A stretch of DNA of 63,897 nt, filler included, from SAR324 cluster bacterium (GTDB lineage Bacteria; SAR324; JACQKK01): NCBI GenBank assembly GCA_022574555.1. It is 3 parts of 3 records of this genome, joined end to end, with 100 filler letters (N's around TTAATTAATTAA, not from the genome) between each part and the next. Parts side by side here need not be neighbours in the genome. Positions count along the whole stretch, not along the records: positions 1 to 22,320 come from JACZRV010000068.1; positions 22,421 to 44,482 come from JACZRV010000069.1; 1 more part is not named here. One strand, written 5' to 3'. The stretch's first letter is position 1; every line of letters starts with the position of its first letter. Of this stretch, positions 17,757 to 27,886 are shown in pieces. The notes beneath the pieces were generated by a model. That model ran no database searches. It was not told where the DNA came from and saw only the letters and a program-made list of their open reading frames with translations. The position numbers and the translations under genes are program-made.

Positions 17757-17978
17757 TCAATTCCCATCGCACAATCCACGGCCGATTGCCAATCGAGTGT
17801 AGCGCCCGGCCATAGCGGCAGACAGCGCTTCGGAACTGATGTCGATGGCTGTGATGGCAAAGTCTTGGGGAGACAAGCCGTAGCTGGGATTCCGGCCGGC
17901 GAAATCGTGAATATCGATCGATAGGCTGAAGGGCTCCTGGCCGGTGGAAGCCCCCGCGCACAAAATCATTGCCTTCAC
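17757..17978 (-). pseudogene. cheR: CheR chemotaxis methyltransferase fragment
   Basis: ILCAGASTGQEPFSL...ITAIDISSEAL.AA.AGRY....IGRGL matches the CheR SAM-binding region; only about 73 codons, then a stop. Confidence 0.75.
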
Positions 17979-18541
17979 GCTAATCCCATTACATTCGCTG
18001 AGCTAAAGGCATAGGCATATTTGGCCAAATTCTCCCACTCCCCATAAGATCAACGATTGGCTGTGCCAAGTGTTTCCAAATTTACACGAGGACAGGCAAA
18101 GGGGGCCTCGCTAACGCCCGATCAGGCTTGGGGCTTACTGGCAAAAAGGGCATTCAAGCGAACATATATCGATATTTTTTATATCTCCAAATGCAAGGAT
18201 TGAATTTGATATGGAATGAGCCGCTTACTCTGTAAATCGTCGGGCACCTGGGCCGGGCATGATTCACAGCTCGGGCCAATGCCGGCCGTTTGCGGCCAGG
18301 GGCTTTGCGATGGGTGGTGGATCGGTTACAATGGTGAGCCTGACCAATAAACGCAGAACTGGAGTTGGAAGCACACCTCTGCCACCGATCCGCTTTTAGA
18401 GCGCCTCTCGAATATACCCGTTGACCGCTTGTGTCGTTCTGGGCTTGTCCTGAGGCTGCCGAAGTTCAAACGAGATCATCGGGCGCGTCGGCTGCTGCGA
18501 CGCCCTTACATTATGCCATTATGCCAATTGGGAGATGACCC

Positions 18542-19066
18542 ATGAATGCAGAGCAATTGCGCGAACTGCAAGCGCCTTTCAAGACCCGCTACCGGGAAGA
18601 CCCGCAAGCCGCGCACATCATCCTCAAAGCCCACGGCAAGCTGGGGGACGATAACCTCACGTGCAAGATAGAAACGGGCAAGGGCATGGTGGAAGCCGGG
18701 TTGCATCCCGCAACGGGCGGTACCGGCATGCAGGCATGCTCGGGCGACATGCTTCTGGAAGCTTTGGTGGCCTGCGCGGGGGTCACATTGAAGGCGGTGG
18801 CGACAGCCATCGGTGTCGAATTGAGGGGCGGCACGGTCTCCGCTGAATGTTTGATTGATATGAGCGGTACCCTCGGCGTGAAAAAGGAAGCGCTGGTCGG
18901 CTTGCAGGATATCAAGCTTCGATTCGATTTGGATACCGATGCCGACTCCGAGCAATTGAAAACGCTGCAAAAGCTTACCGAACGATACTGCGTGATCTTC
19001 CAGACATTGCAGACCCCGCCACGGATTGAGGTAACCCTCAACACGCATCCGAACGGGGGCGGTTAA
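18542..19066 (+). CDS. OsmC-family protein
   Basis: AGLHPATGG..ACSGDMLLEALVACAGVTL and TERYCVIFQTL, two-Cys OsmC subfamily. Confidence 0.92.
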   Translation: MNAEQLRELQAPFKTRYREDPQAAHIILKAHGKLGDDNLTCKIETGKGMVEAGLHPATGGTGMQACSGDMLLEALVACAGVTLKAVATAIGVELRGGTVSAECLIDMSGTLGVKKEALVGLQDIKLRFDLDTDADSEQLKTLQKLTERYCVIFQTLQTPPRIEVTLNTHPNGGG

Positions 19067-19289
19067 TCACTTGTCTGCCCGGTTCGGCAGCAGAACACCC
19101 GCGCGGTGCGGTTCTGGTGCGACAGGCCGCAATTCGTTTCCCGCGGCACCACTGATTCCGGTAAAGAATAGGCTTGACAGAACAAGCACGGGGGAGCCGA
19201 TTCCGCACACCGCGGTTCGGTTCGGCTGCGCAGAGGGAGCCGTTCGGGAGGCAACAATCGGCATGGGGACGGGAAACTTGCCGAGCCTC

Positions 19290-20399
19290 TCAGCTCAGCA
19301 CGGCGATCTTCTTGCGCTCGATGAGGTCGAAATCGATGGCGGCACCCAGCCCGGGGCCCGTCGGTGCGTGCACCAGGCCGTTTGCATCGACCACGATCTC
19401 CTCGGCCAGGCCGTACTTCTGCGCGGCGTCGGGCAACAGTACCTCGAAGAATTCCGTGTTGGGGATGGACAGGATGACGTGGAGGTTGGCCACGTTGTTG
19501 AGGGAATTGCCTCCGTGGTGCATCTCGTAGTTCATGTGAAACGCCTCGGCCAGGTGGGCGGTCTTGAGGATGGAAGTGATCCCGCCTTTCACGGCCACGT
19601 CGCCCCGCAGGTAATCGGTGGCCTGCATCACTATCCACGGCGCATAGGCATGGAAGCCGCCCGGCGAGTATTCCGTCGCCATCAACGGAATATCCAGCTT
19701 TTGCCGCAGCTTTGCGCAATTGGTGATGTCGTCGTCGTCGAGGGGGTCTTCGTACCAGTGGAAGTCGAGTTCCTCGATGGCCCGGCCGACCCGCAGGGCC
19801 TCGGGGTATTTATAGGACCAGGTGCTGTCCAGCATCACGGTGAAATCCGCACCGACGGCTTCGCGTACCGCACGACACACGGCGATGTCTTCACGCCAGC
19901 GGGTGGGGGGGTGAATCTTATAGGCGGCCCAACCCTGGGACTTAAGTTCCAGGGCGTTTTCGGCATAGGCCTCAGCGGATGGAAGCACCTGCGAGCTCGC
20001 ATAGGCGGGCACCGAATCGCGAAAGGTGCCGATCAATTGGTGGATGGGCAGACCGGCGGCCTTTCCGGCGATATCCCACAAAGCCACGTCCATGGCACCG
20101 ATGGTGCGAATGCTCGTCTGGCGGTTGCGGTTCCACAGGGCCTGGTAGAGCCTTTCACGATCCAAGGGGTTCTGATCCATTACCGCGGGCTTGAGGAACC
20201 GCAGCAGGGATTCCGCGTCGGTGGCGGCGCCGCGCATGGCCGATCCGAGGAAGGCGTGCCCCTGGAGGCCTTCGTCGGTCGATAGGGTCACCAGGCCCAG
20301 TTCGCTTTTACCCGCAAACTTGCCGGTGTGACGGCCATAAGTGGTGGCCGGGATGTTCTCCCAGGCAAACAAAGTCAGTTCGACGTTGGTAATCTTCAT
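19290..20399 (-). CDS. Mandelate racemase/muconate lactonizing enzyme (enolase superfamily)
   Basis: DVALWDIAGKAAGLPIHQLIG, YKIH, MLDS, WYEDP, ATEY and PTGPGLG motifs. Confidence 0.93.
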   Translation of the reverse strand: MKITNVELTLFAWENIPATTYGRHTGKFAGKSELGLVTLSTDEGLQGHAFLGSAMRGAATDAESLLRFLKPAVMDQNPLDRERLYQALWNRNRQTSIRTIGAMDVALWDIAGKAAGLPIHQLIGTFRDSVPAYASSQVLPSAEAYAENALELKSQGWAAYKIHPPTRWREDIAVCRAVREAVGADFTVMLDSTWSYKYPEALRVGRAIEELDFHWYEDPLDDDDITNCAKLRQKLDIPLMATEYSPGGFHAYAPWIVMQATDYLRGDVAVKGGITSILKTAHLAEAFHMNYEMHHGGNSLNNVANLHVILSIPNTEFFEVLLPDAAQKYGLAEEIVVDANGLVHAPTGPGLGAAIDFDLIERKKIAVLS

Positions 20400-20522
20400 C
20401 GATCTCCACAGGAATCGAAAAACTGGCGGCACCCCGTAGGCGCGAGATAGGGTCGAAGGCGTACCCAATCGGCGCGGGCATGCCTCGCCAACGCGGAGCC
20501 AAGCACCATCCCCCGGTCCCCG

Positions 20523-20547
20523 CTACATTCAAGCCCACTACATTCAA
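20523..20547. repeat. 10-bp direct repeat with 15-bp period in the intergenic region upstream of the enolase-family gene
   Basis: CTACATTCAA at 20523 and 20538. Confidence 0.6.
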
Positions 20548-20629
20548 TTAGCCGAGAAAGGTCAAAAATAAAGTGAAATTTTATTGATAATGTGCAGGCC
20601 CCAGTCTGCTGAAGCCGCGGGCGTGCGGA

Positions 20630-21307
20630 TCAGTAATCGAGCTTGGGCAACCACTCGCCACGACCTTCGGGGAGCAGATCGAAAAGCTGCCAAACAGGCG
20701 AATACAGGTCCAGCCCGCGGTACTGATCTTTGGCCATGACGGCCCCGTGGGTGTAATAGGCCCGCACCTGACCGTCGGCTTCCTTGGTAAAGACGCTGAT
20801 GCCGGGCATCTGGCCGCCGTTTTGCTCCATGCCGAAGTCCTGGGTAAAGCTGTTGTCGTGGCTGGAGAGCAGACGAAGGTTGTTCCAGCCCCGTATGGCG
20901 GCCCATCCCCGGATTTTGCCGATATCGGCCCGCGCCACGATGGCCAAGCTGGTGCGGTTGCGGATATGGCGCATAATTCCGTTGTATCCGTCCAGCCACA
21001 TGGCACACATGGGGCAAGCATCGTCCCAGTCCGGGCCGTACATCAGGTGCTCGATGATCAGGGTGGATTTGCCCGGCTCAAACAGTTCGGAGAGCCGGGT
21101 GTCAAAATAATCTCCAGCCTCGTTTTGAGAAAGGTCCGCCGCACCTTCGCGGAAGACATAGTCATCCACCAGCGGTCCCGCCGGCAGGCCCCGCCTCATT
21201 TCGGCCACCTGTTCCCGCTGGTCTCGCAGGGCCATCTCCGCCGTCAGCAGTTCGTCCCTTGCGCGCCGGTATTCCTCGCTCTCATTGCTCAACGCGTATA
21301 AATGCAT
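20630..21307 (-). CDS. DUF899 thioredoxin-like protein
   Basis: ARDELL.AE..L...R..VA..RR.LP, LSELF, CPMC, G.SVF and LFDLLPEGRG motifs. Confidence 0.92.
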   Translation of the reverse strand: MHLYALSNESEEYRRARDELLTAEMALRDQREQVAEMRRGLPAGPLVDDYVFREGAADLSQNEAGDYFDTRLSELFEPGKSTLIIEHLMYGPDWDDACPMCAMWLDGYNGIMRHIRNRTSLAIVARADIGKIRGWAAIRGWNNLRLLSSHDNSFTQDFGMEQNGGQMPGISVFTKEADGQVRAYYTHGAVMAKDQYRGLDLYSPVWQLFDLLPEGRGEWLPKLDY

Positions 21308-21359
21308 GGCCCGCCTCCAATCGTCATGGGCCGCACCACGCCCCGGCCCGGTTTATATA

Positions 21360-21376
21360 TTAAACTATATGGTTAA
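21360..21376. promoter_or_regulatory. Imperfect palindrome, possible repressor site upstream of DUF899 gene
   Basis: TTAAACTATATGGTTAA in an AT-rich divergent promoter region. Confidence 0.3.
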
Positions 21377-21665
21377 TTAATACTGATTGGGGAAACATTG
21401 TCAAGCGGGCCGGCGGATACTGGCCATTGAGCCGATCTCGTCTGGAACCCTGCTTCTCGCTGTGGCACCCTGCAATTATGGGTACCCGGCATGAACACAT
21501 CGGTACGGCCCGCCGCGCCCCAACGAACGGGCGCATTTCACTGCTGACACACGAGGCTGTACCGGATGCGGTACTCGGGCGTGTCGGCCCCTGGCGGATG
21601 CGGAGTGTGAGCGCGTCGGCGCTCCCCCACACAGCAACCCCCATAATCGCACCCCTCGATATCAA

Positions 21666-22320
21666 ATGAATCGCAGAATATTTTCGGTCTTCGTTCTGGT
21701 TTTTTCAGCAGTCATGGTCCAGCTTCCGTTGACGGCGCGGGCCCAACAGACTCCGTGGAAGGCCTGTAAAAATGGGGTGGACGGGGCGTGCGGCGAATTG
21801 CTGCGGATGGCCCACGGCAATATGGCCGAGGCCCAATACCAGCTCGGCCGGATGATGTTCAAGGGCCAGCGATTCGACAAGGACGAGGGGACAGGGCGGC
21901 TGTGGGTCATCTCGGCAGCCGAACAGGGGCATCGGCACGCACGCCAGTGGCTCATCCTGAACGCCCCGGAAGAGCGGCTGATCGTGGGAGCATTCGGGCT
22001 CAAGCTCGGCGAAACCTACGATCCCGCCAAGGCTCTGGCACGCGAGACCGATATCGATGGCCTTCCGATCCTGGTGATCGAGCCACCTTACTCGGTCGCT
22101 CCCTTAAATCGATACACCCTGCGGCTCGATTCCGGGGGGCGCATCGCCGAGATCCGGGGCGAACGGGAATACGAGGAAATGGATTGGTGCATGGACCTCA
22201 AGACCTTGTTGCAAGATACCCTCGTGCATAAGTATGGCAAACCCAGCGATTACGACCGCCGCATGGGGGCCTATCTTTTGTTCACCGAAGAGGCGCGCAG
22301 CATCCGGGTAGAATGCGTGG
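21666..22320 (+). CDS. Exported Sel1-repeat protein, truncated at contig end
   Basis: Signal peptide; AEAQYQLGRMM..G.....D......W...AAEQGH Sel1 repeat. Confidence 0.7.
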
Positions 22321-22420
22321 NNNNNNNNNNNNNNNNNNNNNNNNNNNNNNNNNNNNNNNNNNNNTTAATTAATTAANNNNNNNNNNNNNNNNNNNNNNNN
22401 NNNNNNNNNNNNNNNNNNNN
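22321..22420. other. Artificial contig linker
   Basis: N44-TTAATTAATTAA-N44, giving stops in all six frames. Confidence 0.98.
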
Positions 22421-22438
22421 GCCTATCTTTCGTTCATA

Positions 22439-22738
22439 ATGAAACGGCGGGCATCGAGAGTTGATGCTCACCGGCCGGATGGGATCATTGCCGTCGAGGA
22501 GCACCACGAGTTTATTGTACTGATTCAGGCCGCACGGAACGATAGCGAATTTAGGCGCGAGCTGCTGGACATACTGCGATTGAAGCCGATGCAACGCCGC
22601 TCGTATTTGGGCCGGGTCGTCGCGGATATGCATCTGAAAGACGTGCCGGTGGAAGTCATGGAGGCCGTTGGATTGCTCCGCGACGACCGCGTCGCGGCAA
22701 AGGCAATCATGTTGCTGGAAGAAATCGATCGCGGATAA
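22439..22738 (+). CDS. Hypothetical protein (99 aa)
   Basis: Protein-like amphipathic helical composition; no recognised motif. Confidence 0.55.
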   Translation: MKRRASRVDAHRPDGIIAVEEHHEFIVLIQAARNDSEFRRELLDILRLKPMQRRSYLGRVVADMHLKDVPVEVMEAVGLLRDDRVAAKAIMLLEEIDRG

Positions 22739-23040
22739 TCCGAAGCAATTTATTCGGCCCGTCGAATTTCGATCGAATCAGTATACGAAAATCGGTGGAC
22801 AGCGCCCGATGACACAACTACAGAAGCTGGCCCACCGGCATCCGCGTCCGCGCCCAGTACACCATGCCCACGCATAACTTACGCGCGGTGTGTCCCGGGA
22901 CTTGACGGGTCGCGGCGATAGCCGAAAGGTCAGTCAAGGGCCTTTGTGCCGTCCATGGCATATCGCCAATCCGTTGCGCCTACATTCGGCCGTGACGGCC
23001 TATTCCATATCCCAACAAATTCAGCCCATAAAAATACCGG

Positions 23041-23436
23041 TTAATCAGACTTTTGAATTTTCACTAGTTGCGCTTTGATATCGCCAATATTTTCTGACAA
23101 TTCTTCGTATTTCTCTACATTCTGACCAATTATTTCGTCAATATTATTCAAACTATCGATTATTATATTCAGTTTCCTGTTTTTAATTTTCGCGGGGTCA
23201 AATAGATATGACGTCAAGAATTCTGCGGGCAGAAATCCACCAAGGACCAGAAACAGATAACTACCGACGACGACGCACAATATGATTGCCGGATACGCGT
23301 AATAGCCCAGATGAATTGCACCTTGGTGCTTTTCAAAAATAACGTCATGGAGGTAAATGTAATTATTGGAAAGTATTGTCGCGATCCCAATAATACCAAA
23401 TATTGAAACTGGAATTTTCATTATTTTCCGCTCCAT
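23041..23436 (-). CDS. Hypothetical membrane protein (2 TM plus coiled tail), AT-rich
   Basis: 131-aa ORF with two hydrophobic segments; visibly lower GC than its neighbours. Confidence 0.55.
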   Translation of the reverse strand: MERKIMKIPVSIFGIIGIATILSNNYIYLHDVIFEKHQGAIHLGYYAYPAIILCVVVGSYLFLVLGGFLPAEFLTSYLFDPAKIKNRKLNIIIDSLNNIDEIIGQNVEKYEELSENIGDIKAQLVKIQKSD

Positions 23437-23597
23437 TTTCAGTGTCGAATACGTAGGAAATTATTCATTAGAAGGTATGTGACCCAAGTAAAAATCGATA
23501 AACATGTGGGAGACGAGTCCCCCCACACCCCCTTTTTCACATTCAGCGTCCCCTGCCGGTCATGAGCAGATGTTGAGCATATTGCAATCACCCAGCA

Positions 23598-23665
23598 TCG
23601 GGGTGCAGGAGTCGAAAACCTTGCCAGGGAATTCAAAGGGGCAGCACCCCTTTGGCCGCCGGAGG
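23598..23665 (+). repeat. 68-bp dispersed double-hairpin repeat, copy 1
   Basis: Aligns without gaps to 44659-44726 (about 11 mismatches by eye); stems GCAGG..CCTTGC and CAAAGGGG..CCCCTTTG. Confidence 0.85.
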
Positions 23666-23817
23666 ATATTGGTCACATGGATTTTAGAACCATTATTGAC
23701 TATAACTTATCGCCGTTAGCATTCCGTACCACGAAATCAGGGTTGGAATCCAAGTATTGACGCGCGCTGCAAATCCGCTGCATCCACGTGAGGAACGCGA
23801 CGAGGTCGGCTGGGGGC

Positions 23818-25248
23818 TTATACCATTGAATGGTTCGCGTGTTGAGCCAGCACGGAGGCGAGGCAGCAGGTGAGCTTTTTGGCATAGGGGACGTGGAGGA
23901 ATTCGTTGGGGCCGTGGGCGTTGGAGTGAGGCCCCAGCACGCCGGTGATGAGAAATTGGGCCTTGGGATACTGCCGGCCCATCATGGCCATGAAGGGAAT
24001 GGTGCCCCCCGCGCCGAAGTAACAGGCATCCTTGCCGAAAAATGCCCGCGATGCCCGATTCATGGCCGTCTCCAGCCACGGTGCCGTGGGCGGAGCTTCC
24101 CAGCCCGGCATGCCCCCCGCGGAAACCGAGACTTGCGCGCCGTGGGGTGGGTCGGTTTCCAGCGCTTGCTTCAACGCGGCTGCGGCCTTGCCGGGATCGA
24201 GGGTGGGCGGGATGCGCAAGGAGAGTTTGACCTTCACGTAGGGCAGGAGCACGTTACCGCCCTGGCCCCATGCGGGCAGACCTTCCTGTGCGGTAATGGC
24301 CAGCGCCGAGCGCCAACTGGAGTTGAGAATCAGTTCCTCGGTGCTGTCGCTTTCCGGCCGGGCGCCTTCCAAAAAGGGAAAATCCCCGGCGATGGATGCG
24401 CCGAGCACATCGGCCGCCTGGCGCGCTTGCTCGCGTCGAATTTCGGGGATTTCCACCTGCAATCCGGGCGGCAGAATCCGGCCCGTTGCTCCGTCTTCGA
24501 GGCGGTCCAACACCCGGCGCAATACCCGCATGGGCGACGGCACGATGCCTCCCGCCATGCCGGAATGGACTCCTTCCGAAAGCACCCCAACGTGGATGCT
24601 GCCCATGACCAAGCCCCGCAGGGATGTCGTGCACCAAAGCTGTTCATAATTGCCGCAGCCCGAATCGAGGCAGACGATGAATTCGGGCGTTCCGATGCGA
24701 TCGCGGTACGCGTTCATATAATGGGAAAGGTCGGGCGAGCCGCTTTCCTCCGAGCACTCGATGAGCACCACGAGCCGCCCATGGGGCAACCCCTGCTCTT
24801 GCAGGGCCTTGATGGCGGCTACCGCGGCGAAGGCCGAGTATCCATCGTCGGCGCCTCCCCGGCCATACAGGCGTCCTTGCCGGTCGAGCACGGGATCCCA
24901 GGGCCCCAGTCCTTCGCGCCAACCCTCCATCGGGGGCTGCTTATCCAGATGACCGTACAGGAGCACCGTGCCCGGCGCCTGGCCCTCGATCACGGCTAAA
25001 ATAACTGGGGTGCGCTGTCCGTCGCGCAATAATTCCACGGTACAGTTGCGTAGTTTCTGGCCGGCAATCCAACGGTGAACCAATTCGACCGCCCGGTCCA
25101 TGTGGCCGTTACGCTTCCACTCCCGGTCGAATGCGGGCGACTCGTTGGGAATGCGCATGAACTCAGTCAGGGTTGGAATGATACTGCCGTCCCAGAATTC
25201 CTCGATCTGGGCTTCAATGGACTCGTCGGCGGTGTGGGTGATCGCCAT
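23818..25248 (-). CDS. M20/M25/M40-family metallopeptidase (ArgE/DapE/CNDP-like)
   Basis: LLYGHLDKQP, LYGRGGADDG, ECSEESGS, GVHSG and SNAHGPNE motifs. Confidence 0.93.
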   Translation of the reverse strand: MAITHTADESIEAQIEEFWDGSIIPTLTEFMRIPNESPAFDREWKRNGHMDRAVELVHRWIAGQKLRNCTVELLRDGQRTPVILAVIEGQAPGTVLLYGHLDKQPPMEGWREGLGPWDPVLDRQGRLYGRGGADDGYSAFAAVAAIKALQEQGLPHGRLVVLIECSEESGSPDLSHYMNAYRDRIGTPEFIVCLDSGCGNYEQLWCTTSLRGLVMGSIHVGVLSEGVHSGMAGGIVPSPMRVLRRVLDRLEDGATGRILPPGLQVEIPEIRREQARQAADVLGASIAGDFPFLEGARPESDSTEELILNSSWRSALAITAQEGLPAWGQGGNVLLPYVKVKLSLRIPPTLDPGKAAAALKQALETDPPHGAQVSVSAGGMPGWEAPPTAPWLETAMNRASRAFFGKDACYFGAGGTIPFMAMMGRQYPKAQFLITGVLGPHSNAHGPNEFLHVPYAKKLTCCLASVLAQHANHSMV

Positions 25249-25879
25249 GGGATACGACCCGTGGAATGACGGTGATATTAATCATTGCGCACCCGCGAAT
25301 CGCCGGATATAAGATTCGCGGTATTAGCGGTCTGCGTTCGCGTCTCGGGTTATCACCAAATTTCCGCGAAAACCGATCAAGAAGCCCAGGCTAAATACCC
25401 CTATTCATCGCGCCGGGCAAGTCGGCGGTTCGTGTACTGTGGGGTTTATGTACTTTGTTATTTGGAACGTCCAGCCGGGAGTGCCTAAGGCAGACAAATC
25501 AACCCGTTCTGGCGAGTCAGAATACTGCAGCGCCTCGCGGAGCGGCCCCGTTCCGAGGCGGGTGCCCCGACGGGTGCGATAGTCCGGATAACGCCTCTGC
25601 GGCCGAGCGTGGATCCCCTGCTAGACCTGGGTGGCGTTTTCGTTTATGAACGCGGGGGGAGTTGGTGCGACTTGGCCGCGTGGGCACGCGGATAGTGGTT
25701 CACTTTGGTATCCGCCGGTCTGCGCTGGGAGTCCCCCATTCTCCCGTCGTCAAGGAGAGTGTAATATCGGCTGATTGTGACAGGCCATACTTCCACGCCC
25801 GATTAGGCCTGATAGAGAAAGACAATTCCGCCTGCGGAACCCGTGCGCCGGCGGTTGATCGAAGTTCGGAGAACCGTTC

Positions 25880-27817
25880 ATGACATCTGCCCCAGACAGC
25901 GACGTCACCTTTCCCCGCCTGTATGTCCGCAATGCGGAAAAATATCCCGATAAGAGGATCGCCATCCGCGAGAAAGATTTTGGAATCTGGCAATCCTACA
26001 CGTGGAAGGATTCCTTGAGACATGCGCAAGAGCTGGCCAACGGTCTGGCCGATCTGGGCTTGCGGCGTGGCGACAAGGTGGCCATCGTGGGCGATAACCG
26101 TCCGCAACTCTATTGGGCCATACTGGCCACCCAATGCCTGGGCGGCGTGCCGGTTCCTCTCTACCAGGACGCGATCGAGAAGGAGATGCAGTACGTCGTC
26201 GACCACTCCGAGGCTCGATTCGCAATCGTCGAGGACCAGGAGCAGGTCGACAAGCTGCTGCCGATCAAGGAACAGAGCCCACACCTGGAATACATCATCT
26301 ACGACGATCCCCGCGGGCTGAAGGGCTATAGTGAGTCGTACCTGCTGTCCTACGTGGATGTTCAAGAACGCGGCCGCCGATTCGCTTCAAAGAACCCGGA
26401 TTATTTGCCGCAAATGGTAAGCGAGGGCAGCCCGGACGACCTGGCCGTGATCTGTTATACCTCCGGCACCACCGGCATGCCCAAAGGGGTGATGCTCTCC
26501 CATCGCAACTTTATCGAGACCTCCTACCGCATCCTGGAGTATGAGCGGTTGCGGGATGACGAGCAGGTGCTGGCCTATCTGCCCATGGCATGGGTGGGGG
26601 ATTTCTTTCTTTCCTACGCGTTGTCCATCATCGGCGGGTTCACGGTAAACTGTCCCGAGAGCGGCGCCACAGTCATGCAAGACATGCGCGAGATCGGACC
26701 GACCTATTTTTTCGCGCCACCGCGGATCTGGGAAAATATCCTCACCAACGTCATGATCCGCATGGAAGACGCCGCCTGGATCAAACGCTATCTGTTCCAT
26801 TTTTTCCTTGCCGTCGCCAGCCGCATCCAAAATGGCGCGAATGGCAATGCCTTGCGCCGTCCACTGGACCTGTTGCTCTACCAGCTCGGCCGGGTGCTGG
26901 TTTACGGTCCGTTGCGGGACAACCTGGGATTGCGCAAGATCCGCACGGCCTATACGGCCGGCGAGGCGATCGGGCCCGAACTGTTCACTTTTTTTCGCTC
27001 CATCGGCGTGAATCTGAAGCAGATTTACGGCATGACCGAGGCCAGTGTATTCGTGAGCGTACAGCCGCACGATGACGTGATGCCCGATACGGTGGGGCCT
27101 CCTTTGCCCTGGGTCGGCGTGCGCTTCTCCGACGAAGGCGAAGTGTTATTCAATGGGCCGGGGGTATTTCAGGGATACTACAAAAACAGCGAGGCCACGC
27201 AGGAAACCATCGTCGATGGCTGGGTCAAAACCGGTGACGTGGGATTTCTGGACCAAAACGGCCACCTGAAGATCATCGATCGCATGAAGGACGTGGGCCA
27301 GCTCTCGGACGGCACGATGTTCGCGCCGAAATACCTGGAGAACAAACTCAAGTTCTCGCCTTACATCAAGGAAGCCATGACCGTCGGTCAGGACCGGCCT
27401 TATGTTTCGGCCCTGGTCAATATCGACATGGAAGCGGTAGGCAATTGGGCCGAGAAGCGCAATCTCATGTACACCAGCTACACCGACCTGGCCCAGAAAC
27501 CCCAGGTTTATGAGCTCATTCACGGCGAAATGGTGCGGGTCAACGGAATGCTGGCCCAGGACGAGCAGCTCAGCGGTGCGCGGATCAAGAAATTTCTCAT
27601 TCTCCATAAGGAACTCGATCCGGATGACGAGGAGATCACGCGCACACGCAAGCTGCGCCGGCGATTCGTCACACAGAAATACGAGTCCCTGATCGATGCG
27701 CTATATACCGATGCCGATAGCGTGGGTGTGGAGGCCAAGGTGACTTTCGAAGACGGGCGCACCGCTTCGATCAAGGCCGACGTAACATTACAATCCGTAC
27801 AAATGGCGCAGGTTTGA
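25880..27817 (+). CDS. Long-chain acyl-CoA synthetase (AMP-binding)
   Basis: YTSGTTGMPKGVMLSH, YGMTE, TGDVG, IIDR.KD and TRTRKLRR motifs. Confidence 0.93.
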   Translation: MTSAPDSDVTFPRLYVRNAEKYPDKRIAIREKDFGIWQSYTWKDSLRHAQELANGLADLGLRRGDKVAIVGDNRPQLYWAILATQCLGGVPVPLYQDAIEKEMQYVVDHSEARFAIVEDQEQVDKLLPIKEQSPHLEYIIYDDPRGLKGYSESYLLSYVDVQERGRRFASKNPDYLPQMVSEGSPDDLAVICYTSGTTGMPKGVMLSHRNFIETSYRILEYERLRDDEQVLAYLPMAWVGDFFLSYALSIIGGFTVNCPESGATVMQDMREIGPTYFFAPPRIWENILTNVMIRMEDAAWIKRYLFHFFLAVASRIQNGANGNALRRPLDLLLYQLGRVLVYGPLRDNLGLRKIRTAYTAGEAIGPELFTFFRSIGVNLKQIYGMTEASVFVSVQPHDDVMPDTVGPPLPWVGVRFSDEGEVLFNGPGVFQGYYKNSEATQETIVDGWVKTGDVGFLDQNGHLKIIDRMKDVGQLSDGTMFAPKYLENKLKFSPYIKEAMTVGQDRPYVSALVNIDMEAVGNWAEKRNLMYTSYTDLAQKPQVYELIHGEMVRVNGMLAQDEQLSGARIKKFLILHKELDPDDEEITRTRKLRRRFVTQKYESLIDALYTDADSVGVEAKVTFEDGRTASIKADVTLQSVQMAQV

Positions 27818-27886
27818 AGATGATTTCGCGGCCGCGGGGCACCATCGCATGAATACCGGCCGGAAATTCAACTCGAGAGACGATTG

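Noticed and set aside
22365..22376. TTAATTAATTAA palindrome, also at 44527-44538
   Set aside because: Synthetic six-frame stop linker, not a biological site.
25250..25879. Possible ncRNA or riboswitch upstream of the acyl-CoA ligase (several short hairpins)
   Set aside because: No recognisable conserved riboswitch, 6S, SRP or tmRNA motif.
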